64,000 nt of DNA, taken from the NCBI GenBank assembly GCA_010356995.1, contig ML996694.1, positions 1-64,000 of the forward strand, read 5' to 3'. Shown one piece after another: positions 60,067-64,000 of this stretch. A program made the translations under genes and the position numbers. The notes under the pieces are model-generated. The model searched no databases, was not told where the DNA came from, and saw only the letters and a program-made list of their open reading frames with translations. This stretch comes from Trichodelitschia bisporula. Taxonomy: Eukaryota. Every line of letters starts with the position of its first letter. Position 1 is the first letter of the stretch.

Positions 60067-60696
60067 TGCGGGGCTGCCAGTCGCTTTGCGGCGGGGGAAA
60101 TGTGTGAGGCGAGGCGTGGGTTTGGGTGTTGGTTTGGGTGCGGGCGGGACGAGGCGACGGTTTGAACGGGCGGAATGTGGTTTGAGGCGGCTCGTATGCG
60201 CGTTTGTCGTCATCTCCCCGACTTTACCGCCTCATATTGTCTGAGTGTCGTTTGGCAGACGGAGTGAGACAGCAAACAGGCGCTTCCTTACCCTTGTGGG
60301 CGCCTTGGATTGCGACGGGGTCTGAGATGGGGTTTAAAGCGGTGCGGGAGGGATGGGGGACGGAGAGGGCGGTATTGATACAGTCGCTATCTCTCTCCCT
60401 CGCGCGGTTGCGGTGTTTCTCCTCGGGTGTTAATCTGTCCGCTCACGGAAGCATTGCATTTGCGGGGGCGCTGAAAACGGGTCTGCTTTGTCTAGTTCGT
60501 TCTTGGAGTCCTTTGTTGCGAGTCCTTCGCTCGGGAGCGCATATCGACGACACTCTTCCTCCTACCACACGACACCTGATTTCTTATACCTCACCAGCCG
60601 AAAGACTTTATACGCTCCGACGGCCAACCAGCACCCCTCACCAACCACCCAGAACACCTCATACCTTCACAACCCCTCGTCTCACCACTCCGCAAA

Positions 60697-60912
60697 ATGT
60701 GCTACCACCTCTACACCCACTTCCTCGCCTGCCCGCACACACCCGCCTGCGTCGCGCTGCACACACATCAGTGCCTGAAAGTCGAGAACCCGATGCTTGT
60801 CCTTTTCTGTCCGCACTACGTCACACAACGAGTCACGAAGAGGGAACCTTGTCCGGGGGCGGAGGGGACAGCCAGTGGAGGAATCGAGGGGGATATGTGG
60901 GGGAGTGGGTAG
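60697..60912 (+). CDS. Small Cys/His-rich hypothetical protein
   Basis: Good Kozak context (CAAAATG); MC......F..C.H.......HQC......FC........EPCP pattern common to small fungal proteins. Confidence 0.4.
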   Translation: MCYHLYTHFLACPHTPACVALHTHQCLKVENPMLVLFCPHYVTQRVTKREPCPGAEGTASGGIEGDMWGSG

Positions 60913-61095
60913 GAAGCTGAAGGGGAAGGGAGAGAGGATGGGGGCAGGTGGACGGAGTTATGGAACATGGAAGCGGTGGTGGAGCATGGAGGTCGTGTCG
61001 GGTGTAGTTGTTGATGACATGCTTGCCTAGATTTACAAGAACCCTCATCGGGCATTATTCAGCCTCCCCCCTTCCCATCACCGTGACCCCCCAGG

Positions 61096-61899
61096 CTACC
61101 GTATAAACGGAATCCCTACCCTCGTCCCCGCCCTATACCCCTCATACTCCTCAAAAAACTGCCCAAGCGCCCTCTCCTCCCCCTTAATCCTGCTATTAAA
61201 AAACCGCCACAGCACCACGGTGTACAACACCAGACACCCCGCATTCCCACACACAACCTGCGTGCCCAGCGCCCACCAAAAGAACCCGAAGTAGGACGGG
61301 TGCCGCAGGATGCTGTACACGCCGTGCGTGACGAGCGCGTGGCCTTCGCGCCGCCGTGTTTGGACGCGGTGGTTGAAGTTTGGGCCTGCGGTTGCTATTG
61401 CTGCTGTGCGTAGGGTCTGGCCCAGCAGCACGAGGCCGAAGCCGAGTGTGATGACGGGGGCGGGCCAGCGCTGCCAGCTGGGATAGAAGATGCCGGTGAG
61501 GATGCACTCGATCATGGCGGCTGTGTGGGCGGCGGCGTAGGCGAGCCCGTTGGATGTCAGGAGGAAGGCGTCGATTTTGGCCATTTTCGGGCTCCAGCGG
61601 GCGTGGGCGTGGTATTCGAGGAAGTGGAATATGCAGAGGCAGGAGAGGAAGAAGGGGGGGCGCCAGAGGGGGGAGGTTGTAAGGGTTGCGGTTAGGAGGG
61701 CGGTGAGAGCGGAGGTTCCGAGGAGAGTGCCGAGGGCGAAGGAAAGAACGGAGGCCTTTGAGAGAGAATGGGAGCCATCGGGGAGGATGATTCGGAGGGG
61801 ATTTGGTTGTTCGGGACGCCAGTGTTCGTGGTGTGACTGGGAGGGGGAGGTGGGCGGTGAGGGTGAGGGAGAGGCGGATGTTGATGGTGAGGTTGACAT
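61096..61899 (-). CDS. STE14: Protein-S-isoprenylcysteine O-methyltransferase (true start may be slightly upstream)
   Basis: IFHFLEY, DAFLL, NGLAY, LGQTLR, AGPNFNHRVQ, HALVTHGVYSILRHPSYFGFFWWALGTQ, WRFFNSRIKGEERAL, GIPFIR. Confidence 0.94.
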   Translation of the reverse strand: MSTSPSTSASPSPSPPTSPSQSHHEHWRPEQPNPLRIILPDGSHSLSKASVLSFALGTLLGTSALTALLTATLTTSPLWRPPFFLSCLCIFHFLEYHAHARWSPKMAKIDAFLLTSNGLAYAAAHTAAMIECILTGIFYPSWQRWPAPVITLGFGLVLLGQTLRTAAIATAGPNFNHRVQTRRREGHALVTHGVYSILRHPSYFGFFWWALGTQVVCGNAGCLVLYTVVLWRFFNSRIKGEERALGQFFEEYEGYRAGTRVGIPFIR

Positions 61900-62649
61900 C
61901 GCAGCGTGCGTCTGCGTGGTTCAATGGCGGGGAAGGGATGCTGAAGCGGTGTGCATGACAGCGTGGTATGTGTTCGTGATGGCGATCGGTCGCGATGTTC
62001 TTTGACGTGGAGTTGCGGATGCAAGAGGCAGGTCGGTGGGGCAGAGCCGCAAACGGCGACGCGACGCGCATGAGTCTTGGCGCCGGGTGCTCCCGATCGG
62101 GGGTGCGGTCGGGCCGAGTGGAACGAGGGCCGGCAGTTTGGCAGTGCCGGGTAGATGCAAGACAAGGGAGGTTGTGTGTCCGAGGAAGAGCAGCGGAACA
62201 TCGCACGGCAGCTACAGAGTGGATTCGGTACAGAGGCACACAAAGGACCTCGGTTTGACCTGCGAGGCGAACGCGGGAGGTCTAGCGGACCAGTGAAGCT
62301 GGAGCCATATCCTAGGCCAAAATCATACTACAGGACCACCAAGACATCGATTCTCGAAGCTGATAACGCTCGGGACGATGACTTGAGATGATGGAGAAGG
62401 GGGGTGGAGAGGAGTCGGAGCCGTTGTGAAATCGTCAGGCTAGTTGGGACTGACTGCTGTGCACGAGAGGACATGGAGGAATCGCAACAATATTCAGCAT
62501 CTCGTTGAAACACGCAACAGCGCAAAAATTACACGATACCTTGCGCCAGTCGCAAGACCAATTCCAACCCTTTGATTCCTTCTATTGGTATAACCATGAC
62601 CTGAAACCAGAGCACCTCGCCAGCTATGCAAACATCCCATTAACACCTC

Positions 62650-63720
62650 TCACCATCCATATCTTGCCCCAGCCTCGCGCTGATTCCTCTTCCCCTGTGC
62701 AAAATGCTCCTCCAAAGCCTCCTTCTGCGCCGTGGCCTGGTTGAGTAGCTGTTTGAGGCTGTGTTTGCCCGGGGCGATGGTGCGGACGGGGTTGTGCACG
62801 GCAGTCTCGCCCCGCGCCCGCAGCTCCTCGTTCGCCTCGTACTCGGCATCTGTGTTGAATTTGCCGATGTTGACCCCGGACAGATCGAGACCGCCGGCTT
62901 TGCCTGCCTTCCGCCCAAATATGCGCTTCATTTCGGCTTGGGAGAGGTTGAGATCGCTGACTTCGAGCCCCGAGGGTGCAGCTTTTTGTGCGGGCTGCTC
63001 CGGCCACGACGTTTCTTCCTGGTACTCATTTGCATTATCCTCCTCCGGTTCCAGCAGGACGGGCTTGTATGCTTCGGTTGGCGCCGCCTTCGTCTCCACT
63101 ATCTCCTCTGTTGTTATCGAAAAGAGAGACACCTTTGGTTTGGTGGGTTTGGCCGGCAGTGCTTGCGAAGGCGCGGTCGATGCCGATGCATTTGATGCCT
63201 TTGACGCCTCGGCAGCAGCGGCGCTGCTTGGATGTGGTCGCTTCTTCTGAGCTCTCCTCGCGACCGAAAGTGGCTTGAAGACGGTGGCCTTGCCGACGAT
63301 CTTGACGCTGTCTCCTGGATTCATTGGCTCCACCTTTGCTGTCGCTGCTCCGGTAGCTGTTGTACTAGCCTCTTCTGCAGTGTGATCACTCGCGGGTGCC
63401 TCTCTGCTAAACGCAGGAGCAGCACCTGTCTTAAGATTCACACCCGTGCCCATCCCCTTCAGTGCCCGCTTTGGCGCAGGCAAAAAGGCATTGATGTTGA
63501 GCGCGCCACCTGTGCGCGGCTTCTTCGCCGGAGGCGCATCTTTGTCTATGTCGTCCGTGGAGCTCGCGAGCGAGGATAGGTTGACGCGAACTTTGTGGGT
63601 TGAAGGATCGATGAGCTTGCGGGCGGCGGGCTTTGCGGGTTCGGGAGGCGCGGGCTTTTGGACGGGAGTTTCGTTGTCAGAGTCCTCTGAGTCGGAGTAG
63701 GCTACCAGAAGGCTATTCAT
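62650..63720 (-). CDS. PRCC-like protein (mitotic checkpoint regulator, MAD2B-interacting)
   Basis: N-terminal LVAYSDSE; C-terminal NPVRTIAPGKHSLKQLL...LEEHFAQGKRNQREAGARYGW. Confidence 0.88.
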   Translation of the reverse strand: MNSLLVAYSDSEDSDNETPVQKPAPPEPAKPAARKLIDPSTHKVRVNLSSLASSTDDIDKDAPPAKKPRTGGALNINAFLPAPKRALKGMGTGVNLKTGAAPAFSREAPASDHTAEEASTTATGAATAKVEPMNPGDSVKIVGKATVFKPLSVARRAQKKRPHPSSAAAAEASKASNASASTAPSQALPAKPTKPKVSLFSITTEEIVETKAAPTEAYKPVLLEPEEDNANEYQEETSWPEQPAQKAAPSGLEVSDLNLSQAEMKRIFGRKAGKAGGLDLSGVNIGKFNTDAEYEANEELRARGETAVHNPVRTIAPGKHSLKQLLNQATAQKEALEEHFAQGKRNQREAGARYGW

Positions 63721-64000
63721 GGTGAAATGAGGGAGACGCGTAAGTTGGATGGTGGTTTTGGAGGAGTTGGATAAATGATGCTCTGGAAGTGGCAAGCCGC
63801 GTCGCAGAATCCAGGCCCAGTGACCCGCTCCCCGCACCCGCGACTTTCGGCCAACAACCCTCAGCGGCTGCTCGCTGAGACGTAAGGCCCGACATCACCA
63901 CCTCTCGAAATGCCTCAACTGCACCATTAACCTAGGTTAGCCTGCAGCATAACTCCGTTCTTTATCCCAGCAGCGGGCCTGTTACTTCCTGCGGTTACCT

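Noticed and set aside
1..64000. tRNA/rRNA genes and a Starship captain (DUF3435 tyrosine recombinase)
   Set aside because: None recognised by eye; tRNAscan-SE and HMM searches would be needed to exclude them formally.

Overview
GC-rich filamentous-ascomycete genomic DNA (short GT..CTAAC..AG introns; one 370-N assembly gap at 2449-2818). The left ~18 kb is accessory. It holds a PNP_UDP-NACHT NLR-like gene, two pseudogenes, and a defective Ty1/copia LTR element whose gag is duplicated as a ~640-bp inverted repeat. It also holds an NCS1 permease, an intron-containing copia-protease-like gene and three decayed copies of an uncharacterised domain. Two catabolic modules follow. Module A (18.3-27.2 kb) is amidase, PuuE-like deacetylase, flavin reductase, NCS1 permease and an atypical alpha/beta hydrolase. 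Module B (35.0-48.5 kb) is old yellow enzyme, Zn2Cys6 TF, AtuA/DUF1446, MDR reductase, NtaA/DszA-type monooxygenase and an MFS transporter. They are separated by CEG1, ERG1 and a mosaic of HNH/integrase/patatin fragments, and their promoters share a CCGTCGG motif. The right end is housekeeping: PDS5, D-amino-acid oxidase, an acetyltransferase, TTI1, STE14 and PRCC. The best candidates for undescribed biology are (1) a split, co-regulated N-heterocycle catabolic regulon and (2) a hairpin-forming copia derivative that could act as an anti-transposon siRNA locus. All family assignments are motif recognition by eye; no database search was run.
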